DNA of 64,000 nt from a candidate division FCPU426 bacterium (GCA_963719085.1 CAVRAL010000001.1:512001-576000); one strand, 5' to 3'. Counted from the stretch's first letter, positions 18,217 through 27,771 are shown. Made by a program: numbers and translations. The notes: generated by a model not told the origin, from the letters alone.

Positions 18217-20334
18217 GTGACGAGACCGGTGAAAAAGGCAACTTTCTTGAAAGCTCACGGCAGGCTGTTTTTCCTGGGATTGGCGGTATTCCTTAATTTG
18301 GCCGCTTGGAGCCAGGTTTATGGCCAAGTCACCACCCAGACCCAGCCCATTTTTGGGCGAAAAGAGACTTTTGGCATAGGCCCCCGGGCGATTGGGATGG
18401 GCGGAGCTTTCACGGCTTTATCGGATGACGCTTCGGCGGTTTATTGGAATCCGGCGGGTTTATCCCAGCTTTCGTCTTACGAACTGGAACTTTCCGCCTC
18501 GCCGGTTAACTTCGACAGTCATTTCGGCTTCCCTTACTACTCCTCCATTCAGTTCGTCATGCCCATCGCCAAAGAAAACACCCTGGCCCTTTCCATGTTT
18601 CGCCCTTTTAATCCCCAACGGGACTATTTCGCGGGAAGCGGCTTGGGCTCGGCTGATACGGGGGAAGCCAGCTATATTATGAATCCTTCATTTCAAGAAA
18701 GTGAAATCATCCTGTCTTACGCCGCCCGGTTCACCACGCTTCAAAATTTCGCGGTGGGCGTGAATATCAAAAGGATCACCAATGATCCCTACTACATTAA
18801 ATATTTCGCCAATTCGGACGATTCTCAAGAGCCCGAAGTCGCCCAATCGCTGGCGAACGCCACGAGGGTCATCGGTTATGGAGTTGATATCGGATTACTT
18901 TATCGTATTCCAATCACCAAATATTCCGAGGAATTCCGTTTGGGGTTGGATCTGCGCGATTTGGTCAGCCGGGTGGATTATGTGAACGGTCTCGGGGTGA
19001 CAACGGTGGCTCCGGGCCCCGTTACGACGGTCGCTTATTCCGAGGGCGGCGGTTATGAAACCAATATCCCGACCGAAATTACCTTGGGATTGGCCTTAAC
19101 CAATCATTATTTCTTCCGCGTACGGAATGTCATGGCTTTTGACTATGACCAAATTTCGGATCCGCGGTTTGACGGCTCGGATAACACTTTCATCCGTTTT
19201 GGGACTGAGTTCTGGTTTTTCAACGATGTCCTGGGCGTTCGGGCTGGATACTCAACACCGGTCACCCGTCCGGGAACGATCAGCATGGGCTTGAGCTTCC
19301 GGAGTTTAGGCGGGGATTTTCAGGCGGACTTGGCTTATCTTTTGCCGGTCAGCCCAACCGCCGACGTCGCTTCAGGTTCGGCTATTGGTGTGTATAACGA
19401 GGGCGGGATTAATTTTGAGCCCTTCTACATCGGTCTGGATTACGCTTTTGGGGGCGGGCAAGAGCTTCCGCCGCCCAAGGTCAGCGCTTTCGTGAGGCCG
19501 GCTGCCTTTACGCCCGCGCAAGGGGAAAAGGCCACCTTTTTCTTGGACACGACGGAAGACGTGGACGTGAAAAAATGGAGCGTATTGATTTACGACTCGA
19601 ATAATCATTATGTCCGCGGTCTGCGCGGGGTGGGTTCGCCTCCGACCCAACTGGTTTGGAGCGGGGAAGACGATTCGTATCAACCGCTTCCGCCGGGAGT
19701 TTATACCTGGGCCTTTCAGGTGCAGGATGAGTTGGGCCATATCGGATCCACCGCCATCCAAACGGTTGAGATTTTAGCCGCGCCTCAAGCGCTCACCCGG
19801 GATCCGGCGAAACTTTTGGCGATCCGTCAACAACAGGCGGCATTGTTGGCCCAAGAGCGTCAAACCTTAAGCGCCTTGGCCCAGAAGAATTTAAACGACT
19901 TGCTGGGCGAGCCGACGCCGAACACGGCGACGGCCGCGGGAGTGGAACCCCAGGCCAATACCTTGACGCCGGAGGCCGGAGGGGTCCCCGTGATTGGTTT
20001 TACCAGTATTCCGCCGGAAGATGTTTTGAACGCCCACTTTGACAAGAACGCCAATGGGGAACCGGTGGTGGACGTGAGTTACCAATCCAAGCTCGATTAT
20101 GTGCCTTATATTTACCAAGAGGCCTCGGATGTCATTAAGGCCACGGTTAATTCAGTAGGAACTGGTTTAAAAGACATCCAAACTCGTGTATATTACGGTA
20201 AGAATGAGCTTTCTATCAGCACGCCTAGTGAAGCCGCCGCCAATTACGCTTCGGGAAAAATTAACCAGCTTCAGTTGATGCAGCTTTCGGAAATCGTTAT
20301 TAATGGCCAAAAGGTAGGTCCGAATGGTTATTAA
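18217..20334 (+). CDS. PorV/PorQ/UPF0164-like outer-membrane beta-barrel fused to FlgD-like Ig domain and unknown C-terminal domain
   Basis: Signal peptide; GIGPRAIGMGGAFTALSDDASAVYWNPAGL; amphipathic strands; then WSVLIYDSNNHYVR...LVWSGEDDSYQPLPPGVYTW. Confidence 0.8.
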   Translation: MTRPVKKATFLKAHGRLFFLGLAVFLNLAAWSQVYGQVTTQTQPIFGRKETFGIGPRAIGMGGAFTALSDDASAVYWNPAGLSQLSSYELELSASPVNFDSHFGFPYYSSIQFVMPIAKENTLALSMFRPFNPQRDYFAGSGLGSADTGEASYIMNPSFQESEIILSYAARFTTLQNFAVGVNIKRITNDPYYIKYFANSDDSQEPEVAQSLANATRVIGYGVDIGLLYRIPITKYSEEFRLGLDLRDLVSRVDYVNGLGVTTVAPGPVTTVAYSEGGGYETNIPTEITLGLALTNHYFFRVRNVMAFDYDQISDPRFDGSDNTFIRFGTEFWFFNDVLGVRAGYSTPVTRPGTISMGLSFRSLGGDFQADLAYLLPVSPTADVASGSAIGVYNEGGINFEPFYIGLDYAFGGGQELPPPKVSAFVRPAAFTPAQGEKATFFLDTTEDVDVKKWSVLIYDSNNHYVRGLRGVGSPPTQLVWSGEDDSYQPLPPGVYTWAFQVQDELGHIGSTAIQTVEILAAPQALTRDPAKLLAIRQQQAALLAQERQTLSALAQKNLNDLLGEPTPNTATAAGVEPQANTLTPEAGGVPVIGFTSIPPEDVLNAHFDKNANGEPVVDVSYQSKLDYVPYIYQEASDVIKATVNSVGTGLKDIQTRVYYGKNELSISTPSEAAANYASGKINQLQLMQLSEIVINGQKVGPNGY

Positions 20335-21970
20335 CCAAAAAACACTTGAACTCAAAAATACCTCAAAAGGGTTATTTTTGAGTTCCTCCTTTTTTAAGTG
20401 TTTTGTCTTGTTTTGTTTTTTCTCCTTGCTTCAAAGTCCCGCCTTCGCCGTATTCGACAAGGGGGGGATTTCGGGTATTGGGGCAAGGCCTTTGGGCATG
20501 GGCGGGGCCTTCACGACCGTCGCCGACTCCAGTGACGCGATCTTTTACAATCCCGCCGGGTTGATTCAGGTTTTGCGGCCTGAAGTTTCCGGGATGGGAG
20601 CGGTTCTTTTGAACGGAAAAGAAGACCTATTTGACTTGGCTTATGTTCAACCCTTCGCGGATCAGTTGGCTTGGGCCATTGCCATTCAAGACTTGGACGA
20701 CAATGGAGGCCCCTCGGAAGGCTCGGAAAGAATTTATTACGCCACCTTCGCCGCGCCTTTGGCGGTGGACAAATCATTTTCGTTTGGTTTGAACGTCAAG
20801 TTGTTGACGGTTGATTCTCCCACCCTGCCCAATTATTCCGCCAATGGGATCGGGTTTGACATGGGCTTTTTATATCATCTGCCCATTTTGGATCCGCGTT
20901 ATGGAAAGCGCATTAACATCGGTTTATCGGCCCAGGATTTGGACACCAACATCCAATGGCAGGATGGAAGCCAAACTAAAATTCCATTGGATGTGCGTGG
21001 CGGATTCAGCTACCAGTTCAACGATGATTTAACATTGGCCTGCGAGCTGGAGGATTTTGATGATCCGGATTTATCGACCCAAAGAACTCTTTTGCACGTG
21101 GGGCTGGAAGATTGGTTTTTTCAGGACCAATTGGGTTTACGGACCGGTTACAGCGAATTTGTGACGGAAGACGGCCAGTTTACGCTGGGGATCAGCTATC
21201 GTTCCCGGACCTGGGGAGTGGACTACGCTTTCATCGGTCATCCGCAATTCTTGGGTTCTTCCCACCGTATTTCGGCCAACTGGCGCTTCGGGGACACCTT
21301 TTTCGCCAAAGCCCAAAGTTTTATTCCCGAAGGCGTCGCCTCTTATGTTGAGGGGGACATCATTACGTTGAAATGGCTGGGTTCTCCCAGCGTTTCGGTG
21401 GACGGCTATAACGTTTATTTCAGCAAGACCACGGGCAGCGGCTATGTCAAAATTAACAAGAACCCCATCAAGACGACTTATTACGCGCTTCGGGGTTTGG
21501 AAAAAAACACCCAATATTATTTCGTCGTGACTTCGGTGACGGCCACGGTTCCCCCGGTGGAAAGCCAGTATTCGCGTGAGGTGGTGGCGATCACCACCGC
21601 GGCGCCCGGCGCTCCTGTGGTTGTTCAGAGCGACGTTCAAAACGAAGGGGTGATTGATATCGCCAAGCAATCCCAGATGGGGAATTTCCCCGATCCCGCG
21701 AAAAATGGGTTGCGGGGCTATAACATCTATTTCTCGGAAGTTTCCGGCGGGCGGTTTGACCGGGTTAACAACCAACCCATCGCGAATGTCCCGACCTATC
21801 TGGTCCGAAAGCTGAAAGTGGGCCAGCGTTATTTCTTTAAATTCACTTCCGTCGGAATGGACGGCTCGGAAAGCGTTCCGACGCAAGAGATCAGCTTCAT
21901 CGCCTTGCCTTACAGTACGGTGGTGCAGAGCGGCACCGCGAGCGTTCCCGCGGCGGGCGCGGCGCACTAA
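20324..21970 (+). CDS. PorV/PorQ-like beta-barrel fused to two fibronectin type III-like domains
   Basis: GIGARPLGMGGAFTTVADSSDAIFYNPAGL; LKW..SPSVSVDGYNVYFS..GLEKNTQYYFVVTSV and GYNIYFSEV..LKVGQRYFFKFTSV. Confidence 0.8.
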   Translation: MVINQKTLELKNTSKGLFLSSSFFKCFVLFCFFSLLQSPAFAVFDKGGISGIGARPLGMGGAFTTVADSSDAIFYNPAGLIQVLRPEVSGMGAVLLNGKEDLFDLAYVQPFADQLAWAIAIQDLDDNGGPSEGSERIYYATFAAPLAVDKSFSFGLNVKLLTVDSPTLPNYSANGIGFDMGFLYHLPILDPRYGKRINIGLSAQDLDTNIQWQDGSQTKIPLDVRGGFSYQFNDDLTLACELEDFDDPDLSTQRTLLHVGLEDWFFQDQLGLRTGYSEFVTEDGQFTLGISYRSRTWGVDYAFIGHPQFLGSSHRISANWRFGDTFFAKAQSFIPEGVASYVEGDIITLKWLGSPSVSVDGYNVYFSKTTGSGYVKINKNPIKTTYYALRGLEKNTQYYFVVTSVTATVPPVESQYSREVVAITTAAPGAPVVVQSDVQNEGVIDIAKQSQMGNFPDPAKNGLRGYNIYFSEVSGGRFDRVNNQPIANVPTYLVRKLKVGQRYFFKFTSVGMDGSESVPTQEISFIALPYSTVVQSGTASVPAAGAAH

Positions 21971-22001
21971 AAAGTTGATAAGAATCGAAACGGAGATTTA
22001 A

Positions 22002-22787
22002 ATGCCAAGTGGTTTATACATAGCGGCTTCAGGCATGAACGCGACGATGACACAGCAGGATGTTATCGCCAACAATCTGGCCAACGTCAGCACGGTGGGC
22101 TTTAAGGGCAACCGGGCCATTGACGCCGCTTTTCCGACCTACTTGATCGCCCGGATCAACGACCAGCACCTCAAGACGCCTGAAGGCAGCGTGGAACTTC
22201 GACCCAATATAGGGCTCATGGGCGGCGGGGTGATTCCGGTGGAGACGCCGGTGGATTACAGCCAAGGGTCCCGGGTGGAAACCCAAAATCCCGTGGACTT
22301 CGCCTTGACGGGCCCGGGCTTTTTCACCGTCATGAATCCGGACGGCAAGATTCTCTATACCCGGGATGGAAGTTTTAATCTGGACTCGGACGGCCGATTG
22401 GTGACCAAGGACGGGTTGCCGGTGATGGGCCATAACGGACAAATTTTCGTCGACGGAAAGAACCTGGTCGTGGATCAGCAGGGCAATATCACGGTGGATG
22501 GCAAGGCCGTGGACCAATTGTCAATTGTGCAAATTAAGAACCAAGACCAACTGGTGAAGGTGGGGCATTCCCTGTTTGAGGGCAATTCGGCGCTTCAAGT
22601 GACGAAATGGCCGGATAATATCCAGGTGCAGCAAGGCTTTTTAGAGCAATCGAACGTTAATTCGGTTGAGGAAATGGTTCATATGATCGATGTCACTCGG
22701 TCCTATGAAATGAATTCTCGGGTGGTTTCGACCTATGATAATATCATGGGCCAGGCGGCGTCCGAGATAGGGACGTTGAGGGTTTAG
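22002..22787 (+). CDS. flgF: Flagellar basal-body rod protein FlgF
   Basis: GLYIAASGM..QDVIANNLANVSTVGFK, YTRDGSF, LEQSNVNSVEEM; precedes flgG. Confidence 0.9.
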   Translation: MPSGLYIAASGMNATMTQQDVIANNLANVSTVGFKGNRAIDAAFPTYLIARINDQHLKTPEGSVELRPNIGLMGGGVIPVETPVDYSQGSRVETQNPVDFALTGPGFFTVMNPDGKILYTRDGSFNLDSDGRLVTKDGLPVMGHNGQIFVDGKNLVVDQQGNITVDGKAVDQLSIVQIKNQDQLVKVGHSLFEGNSALQVTKWPDNIQVQQGFLEQSNVNSVEEMVHMIDVTRSYEMNSRVVSTYDNIMGQAASEIGTLRV

Positions 22788-22806
22788 TTTTTTGAGCTGA
22801 GTTGTT

Positions 22807-22904
22807 GACGGCCGGACTGCTATGCGGAGGCCGTTCTTATCGCTGAACGATTGAGGCGATAAAAACATTCGCGGTTTTCCCGTTTCTTTCGGGAAAGTCG
22901 TGAA
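22807..22904 (+). ncRNA. Structured 5' leader of flgG (three hairpins; candidate cis-regulatory RNA)
   Basis: ACGGCC-GGA-CTGC-TAT-GCGG-A-GGCCGT; TTATCGC-TGAACGATTGAG-GCGATAA; 15-bp stem 22868-22882/22890-22904. Confidence 0.6.
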
Positions 22905-22919
22905 AATTTGGGAGGCACT

Positions 22920-23714
22920 ATGCAGTCACTGTACACGGCAGCCACGGGTATGGAAGCCCAGCAGATGAATATCGATACGATCGCCAATAATCTGGCGAAC
23001 GTCAGCACGACGGGCTTCAAAAAACAGCGGATCGATTTCCAAGATCTCCTTTATCTCAATTTGAAACCGGCCGGCACCCCGACTTCCCCGGAAACCAAAA
23101 CCCCGACTCCGATCGAAATAGGCGAAGGCGTGAAATCGGTCGCCACCGACCGCATTTTCACCCAGGGAAGCGTTCAGAACACTAACAATCCGCTGGACTT
23201 GATGATCTCAGGGAATAACGGATTTTTTAAAGTGACCCTGCCCAACGGCGACACGGCTTATACCCGGGATGGAACCTTCCACCAAGACGGTGATGGGAAC
23301 ATCGTCACCAGCAATGGTTATTATTTAGACCCCCAAGTGCAGATTCCCCAGGACACCAGCACAGTGACTATTAATCAGGTCGGCCAGATTTTCGTGACCC
23401 AATCGGGTTCGACGACCCAAACGCAAATCGGCCAGCTGGAAATCAGCAATTTCGTGAATCCGGGTGGTTTGCAATCCTTGGGAAGCAATCTTTATGAGTC
23501 CACTCCCGCTTCAGGGGAGGCCATTGACGGCACCCCCGGTAGCGCGGGATTTGGGAACGTCACCCAAGGGGCCCTTGAGGCCTCCAATGTGGACGTGGTC
23601 TCCGAGATGGTGAATTTGATCACGGCCCAACGGGCTTATGAAATGAACGCGAAAACAGTTTCCACGGCGGACGATATGTTGGCGACGGTCGCTCAGTTGA
23701 AACAGCTTCCGTAA
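22920..23714 (+). CDS. flgG: Flagellar distal rod protein FlgG
   Basis: SLYTAATGMEAQQMNIDTIANNLANV, FQDLLY, LEASNVDVVSEMVNLITAQRAYEMN; GGAGG RBS at 22911. Confidence 0.96.
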   Translation: MQSLYTAATGMEAQQMNIDTIANNLANVSTTGFKKQRIDFQDLLYLNLKPAGTPTSPETKTPTPIEIGEGVKSVATDRIFTQGSVQNTNNPLDLMISGNNGFFKVTLPNGDTAYTRDGTFHQDGDGNIVTSNGYYLDPQVQIPQDTSTVTINQVGQIFVTQSGSTTQTQIGQLEISNFVNPGGLQSLGSNLYESTPASGEAIDGTPGSAGFGNVTQGALEASNVDVVSEMVNLITAQRAYEMNAKTVSTADDMLATVAQLKQLP

Positions 23715-23723
23715 GCTAATCCC

Positions 23724-24713
23724 GTGACGCGGTCATTCGCTTGGCTTGTTTTAAGTCTTTTTGTTTTCGGGGCCCCCATGGCGCGGGCCCAGGAAAACCC
23801 GGCTGTTCAAGTTTTGCTGAGGATGCCCGAGAAGGCCTCCGTGATCGGCCCGGATGTGCGGTTGGGGGAGATCGCGGAAATCATCACCGCGGACAAGGCC
23901 CTTTCGGAGCGCTTATTGAGGCTGGTCATCGCCAAGGCGCCGCCGGCGGGCGATAAAATTTCCTTGGCTCAAGCCGCGGTGAAAGTGGCTTTGTACCGGG
24001 AGGGCTACGAACTAAAAACCTTTCAGTTCGCGGGCCCCGCGGTCACTGAAATTATGACCTCCAGCCAGCCTGTTTTGGCCTCTTCGCTGCTTCCGGAAGC
24101 GAAGGCCTTTGTGGCGGGCCAGTTGAAAGAGGATCCGGCGAATGTGGACGTCAAGTTGTCGACGGACGACAAAACCATCGTTCTTCCGTCGGGGGAAGTC
24201 ACGGAGCGCTTTTTACCTTCCTTTTCAGGCCAATATCAGGGGCTGGTGCTTCTGACGGTTCAATTGCAAGTGGATGGGCGGGAAGTGCGGGAACTGCCCT
24301 TGCGGCTGTCCGTGGATGTGATGCACCCGGTGGCGGTGACTAAAACCTCGGTTCAATCGGGGGATAAGTTTTCGACGGATAATGTCTCGCTGACGCGGTG
24401 GCCTCAAGCCAAGACGCCCCCGAACGCGATCCGGGATTTAAACGGGGTTTTGGGGCATACCTCCAGCGCGTATTTGGCCCCGGGCTCGGTGGTGGTGTTG
24501 AATGACTTATATGATCCCCCGGTTGTTCGCCGGGGAACGGAAATCAACGGGGTGATGGAACAAGGAAACGTGGAGCTTTCGGTTTTGGTGCGCGCGATTG
24601 AGGATGGGAAAATGGGGGATGTGATCCGGGTGGAAAACACCGATTCCCACAAGCTTTTGAAGGCGAAAGTTTTGGACGAAAAGACGGTTTTGATCGAGGC
24701 GGATAAATCATGA
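23724..24713 (+). CDS. flgA: Flagellar P-ring chaperone FlgA
   Basis: Signal peptide, VRLGEIAEI, SAF domain, PPVVRRG..AIEDGKMGDVIRVEN..S.K. Confidence 0.9.
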   Translation: MTRSFAWLVLSLFVFGAPMARAQENPAVQVLLRMPEKASVIGPDVRLGEIAEIITADKALSERLLRLVIAKAPPAGDKISLAQAAVKVALYREGYELKTFQFAGPAVTEIMTSSQPVLASSLLPEAKAFVAGQLKEDPANVDVKLSTDDKTIVLPSGEVTERFLPSFSGQYQGLVLLTVQLQVDGREVRELPLRLSVDVMHPVAVTKTSVQSGDKFSTDNVSLTRWPQAKTPPNAIRDLNGVLGHTSSAYLAPGSVVVLNDLYDPPVVRRGTEINGVMEQGNVELSVLVRAIEDGKMGDVIRVENTDSHKLLKAKVLDEKTVLIEADKS

Positions 24714-25321
24714 AGGGTTCTGACATGAGGACGATATTTTATTTGGCGGTTTGTCTGGTTTGCTGCGCGTCGGTTTTCGCTGATTCCCTCTATCCCATCG
24801 AGGGGAGCAGCAACTCCATTTACACCGAAAAACGCGCCCGCCGGGTCGGGGATGTGGTGACGGTCATCATCCAAGAGCAGGACAGCGCTTCCCAGGGCGT
24901 GACCAGCAACGACCAAAAGAACGCCAACGTGGGTTTTGGCGCGGGCCTGGGTTTTTTCAGCGGTTACAACAGCATCCCGACCCAAAATCAAGTGGGGGTG
25001 GGGGCCCAAAGCTATAATCAAGGCCAGGGTTCTTCCAGCCGGGCGTCCAACGTGACCGGGCAAATTACGGCTAAGATCATTTCCGTTTTGCCCAACGGTA
25101 ATTACATGATCAGCGGCGATAGCTATGTCGAAGTAAACGACGATAAACAGACCATCGAGCTGACGGGGGAAATCAGGCCGGATGATATCAGCAGCGAAAA
25201 TACCATTCCGTCCTCGCGCATCGCGAACGCTAAAGTGAAATTTACGGGAACGGGTCCGGCCTCCGAAGCGGCCCATCCGGGAATCTTAACGAGGATTTTG
25301 TCGTGGCTGGGTCTCTTTTAA
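24710..25321 (+). CDS. flgH: Flagellar L-ring protein FlgH
   Basis: KRARRVGDVVTVIIQE, VLPNGNYMISG, GEIRPDDISSENTIPSSRIANA. Confidence 0.93.
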   Translation: MKGSDMRTIFYLAVCLVCCASVFADSLYPIEGSSNSIYTEKRARRVGDVVTVIIQEQDSASQGVTSNDQKNANVGFGAGLGFFSGYNSIPTQNQVGVGAQSYNQGQGSSSRASNVTGQITAKIISVLPNGNYMISGDSYVEVNDDKQTIELTGEIRPDDISSENTIPSSRIANAKVKFTGTGPASEAAHPGILTRILSWLGLF

Positions 25322-25337
25322 TTCAGGGTGGTGAGGT

Positions 25338-26453
25338 GTGGGTGTGATTAAAAAAATAACGGTCTTGTTTTCGATTCTCGCGCTTTTCGGCGCTTCCGCG
25401 GCCCAGGCGGCCCAGGTCCGCTTAAAGTCCATCGCCAGCGTCAAGGGCGTAAGGGAAAACCAGCTCATCGGCTATGGTTTGGTGGTGGGTTTGCAGCAGA
25501 CGGGGGATACCCAGCGGGTGACCGCCACGCTTCAGAGCATCACTAATATGTTGTCCCAGTTCGGGATCGTGGTGAGCCCGGCCCAAATCCGGACTAAAAA
25601 CGTGGCCGCGGTCATGGTCACGGCCCAGCTGCCGGCTTTGGTGAAGTCGGGGGATAAGATTGACGTAACCGTTTCCTCCATTGGGGACGCCCAAAGTTTG
25701 CAGGGCGGCAACCTGCTCCTCACCCCCTTGCAGGGGCCCGATGGACAAGTTTACGCCGCGGCGCAAGGGGCCTTGGCGGTGGGCGGTTATAGCGATAACA
25801 CGGATGAACTTCCGCAGATTCAGGTGGATCAAACCAATGTGGGCCGGGTGCCGAACGGCGCCTTGGTGGAACGGGAAGTGCCTTCTTCTTACGTGGATAA
25901 CAACACGATCTCGATTCTTTTGGGCAAACCCGATTTCGGGCAGGCTTCGTTGGTGGTCCAGGCTTTGAATCAGCAGTTTGGGGAGGCCGTGGCGAAGGCT
26001 TCGGACGCGGACCAGATCGACGTCAAGATTCCTTTCAATTATCAAGACAATGTGGTGGATTTTGTGGCGGCGGTGGAAAACACCCAAGTCATGGCGGACT
26101 CCCCGGCGGATAAAGTCGTGGTGAATGAAAGAACCGGCACGGTTGTTTTAGGCCAGGATGTGCGCATTGACGCGGTGGCCATCGCCCACGGAAATCTTCG
26201 GTTGGTGGTGCGCGACACCACTCAAATCACGCACGACGCCGTTTTCGGCAAGGATGAGTTGACCCATACCACCACGATCACGACGGACAACGCCGATAAA
26301 AAAGGGAACTTGGTTGTTCTTCCGGATGGCGCGACTTTGATGGACGTAGTGACAGCGATCAACGCGGTGGGAGCTACTCCGCGGGATCTCATCTCGATTT
26401 TGCAAGCGGTGAAGGCCGCGGGCGCTTTGCACGCCGATCTTGAGATTATTTAA
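25338..26453 (+). CDS. flgI: Flagellar P-ring protein FlgI
   Basis: RENQLIGYGLVVGL, KNVAAVMVTA, VVVNERTGTVV, ILQAVKAAGALHADL. Confidence 0.97.
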   Translation: MGVIKKITVLFSILALFGASAAQAAQVRLKSIASVKGVRENQLIGYGLVVGLQQTGDTQRVTATLQSITNMLSQFGIVVSPAQIRTKNVAAVMVTAQLPALVKSGDKIDVTVSSIGDAQSLQGGNLLLTPLQGPDGQVYAAAQGALAVGGYSDNTDELPQIQVDQTNVGRVPNGALVEREVPSSYVDNNTISILLGKPDFGQASLVVQALNQQFGEAVAKASDADQIDVKIPFNYQDNVVDFVAAVENTQVMADSPADKVVVNERTGTVVLGQDVRIDAVAIAHGNLRLVVRDTTQITHDAVFGKDELTHTTTITTDNADKKGNLVVLPDGATLMDVVTAINAVGATPRDLISILQAVKAAGALHADLEII

Positions 26454-26468
26454 CGAGGGCCCCTCTAA

Positions 26469-26936
26469 GTGAACAACGCGATCGTACCAACTCAAATGAT
26501 GACTTCCGCGCTTCAAGCGTCTGATCCGGGTTTCAGCCTTTCGGGTTTTGGGAAGGCGTTCTCCATCAACTCGCCGTCGAACTTAGATAACCTTCAAAAT
26601 TATTTGTCGGGCGCTTCTTTGGGACATTCCTCGGTTTCCTTAAATTCGATCCGCCATTTAAACCCTTTGACGGGAACACCGACCTATTCCTCGGCGGATT
26701 TGAAAAAGGTGTCCCAAAACTTTGAGAGTATCTTTATGCGGATGATGTTCAAGGAAATGCGGGATTCGGTTCAAAAGTCCGATTTGTTCCCCGATTCCAA
26801 AACCATGGGTCTTTTCGAATCGATGTCCGATGACCAGCTTTCGGATACTTTATCCGCGGCGGGCGGCATCGGGCTGGGGAAGATGATCTACCAACAACTC
26901 CAACAAGTCACCGGTCCGCATCAAAAGACCGTCTAA
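26469..26936 (+). CDS. flgJ: FlgJ rod-binding domain protein (no muramidase domain)
   Basis: LKKVSQNFESIFMRMMFKEMR..GGIGLGKMIYQQL. Confidence 0.85.
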   Translation: MNNAIVPTQMMTSALQASDPGFSLSGFGKAFSINSPSNLDNLQNYLSGASLGHSSVSLNSIRHLNPLTGTPTYSSADLKKVSQNFESIFMRMMFKEMRDSVQKSDLFPDSKTMGLFESMSDDQLSDTLSAAGGIGLGKMIYQQLQQVTGPHQKTV

Positions 26937-27367
26937 TGAATCTGGCCAATTGCTCCAAATGCGGGAAAGTTTATTCCCCGGTTTCCGTTGACCGGACCCT
27001 CTGCCCGGCTTGCGTCAAAGAAGAGCAAGACAACTTCCTGAAGGTTTTCCATTTTTTAGGCTCCCAGCCCAGCGCCACCGCCCAGGAGATCTCCCAGGCA
27101 ACCGGGGTAGAACTGACTGAAATTTACCGTTATGTCAGGGAAAACAGGCTTCGCCTGGCCAAGACGGATACGGGGCTTCGTTGTGAGACTTGCGGAGTGC
27201 CGATCAGCCAGGGGAAAACCTGCGAAAATTGCAGGAAAAAGCTTTCCGCTGAATTAAGTAATGATATAGACAAATTTAAGCAAAATAGGCTTAAAATGCC
27301 CGAAAAGACCCCCGAAGTCCGTGACCCGAAGTATCTGAAAAAGTATCGTGACAAAGATGGCCGCTAA
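26936..27367 (+). CDS. YvyF-like flagellar operon protein (two Cys4 zinc ribbons)
   Basis: LANCSKCGK...CPAC, ISQATGV, CETCG...CENC; upstream of flgM. Confidence 0.85.
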   Translation: MNLANCSKCGKVYSPVSVDRTLCPACVKEEQDNFLKVFHFLGSQPSATAQEISQATGVELTEIYRYVRENRLRLAKTDTGLRCETCGVPISQGKTCENCRKKLSAELSNDIDKFKQNRLKMPEKTPEVRDPKYLKKYRDKDGR

Positions 27368-27426
27368 AATCCAACTCTTTAAACCTTTATAAGCTCCTGC
27401 CTTACCCGCCTTTCCTGAAGGTTTGC

Positions 27427-27453
27427 TCAAGTTTTTGGTTAATGGGTCGTTAG
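27427..27453 (+). promoter_or_regulatory. Candidate sigma28-type promoter for flgM
   Basis: TCAA-N15-GTCGTTAG (canonical TAAA-N15-GCCGATAA); same -10 recurs upstream of flgD. Confidence 0.6.
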
Positions 27454-27480
27454 GTTAACCAGCAAACTAAAGGAGTTCCT

Positions 27481-27771
27481 ATGCGTATCGATGGTTTTCA
27501 AAACATTCCGGCCATTCTTCAATCCACGAAGCCGGAAAAATCCGTGGCACCCGCTTCAACTGACGAAAAAAAACCGAGCGCCTCGGTTTCGCTCAGTTCA
27601 TTCGGGGAAGTGCTTCAATCGCTTCAACGCCAATCGGTTCAATCCACGCAAAGCCGTGAAAACCGGGTGGATGAACTTCAAAAACAAGTTCAATCGCCTG
27701 ATTTTAAAATCGACCACTCGGCTTTGGCCAGTCAGTTGATTGATTCGCAAATTCTCAACACGGGTTTGTGA
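27481..27771 (+). CDS. flgM: Anti-sigma28 factor FlgM
   Basis: 96 aa, SVSLSS, RENRVDELQKQVQSPDFKIDHSALASQL; before flgN. Confidence 0.85.
   Translation: MRIDGFQNIPAILQSTKPEKSVAPASTDEKKPSASVSLSSFGEVLQSLQRQSVQSTQSRENRVDELQKQVQSPDFKIDHSALASQLIDSQILNTGL

Noticed and set aside
24404..25276. Long antisense ORFs (also 21137-21967, 15382-16167, 34597-35379, 55396-56274)
   Set aside because: Shadow frames of well-supported + strand genes; no recognisable motifs.
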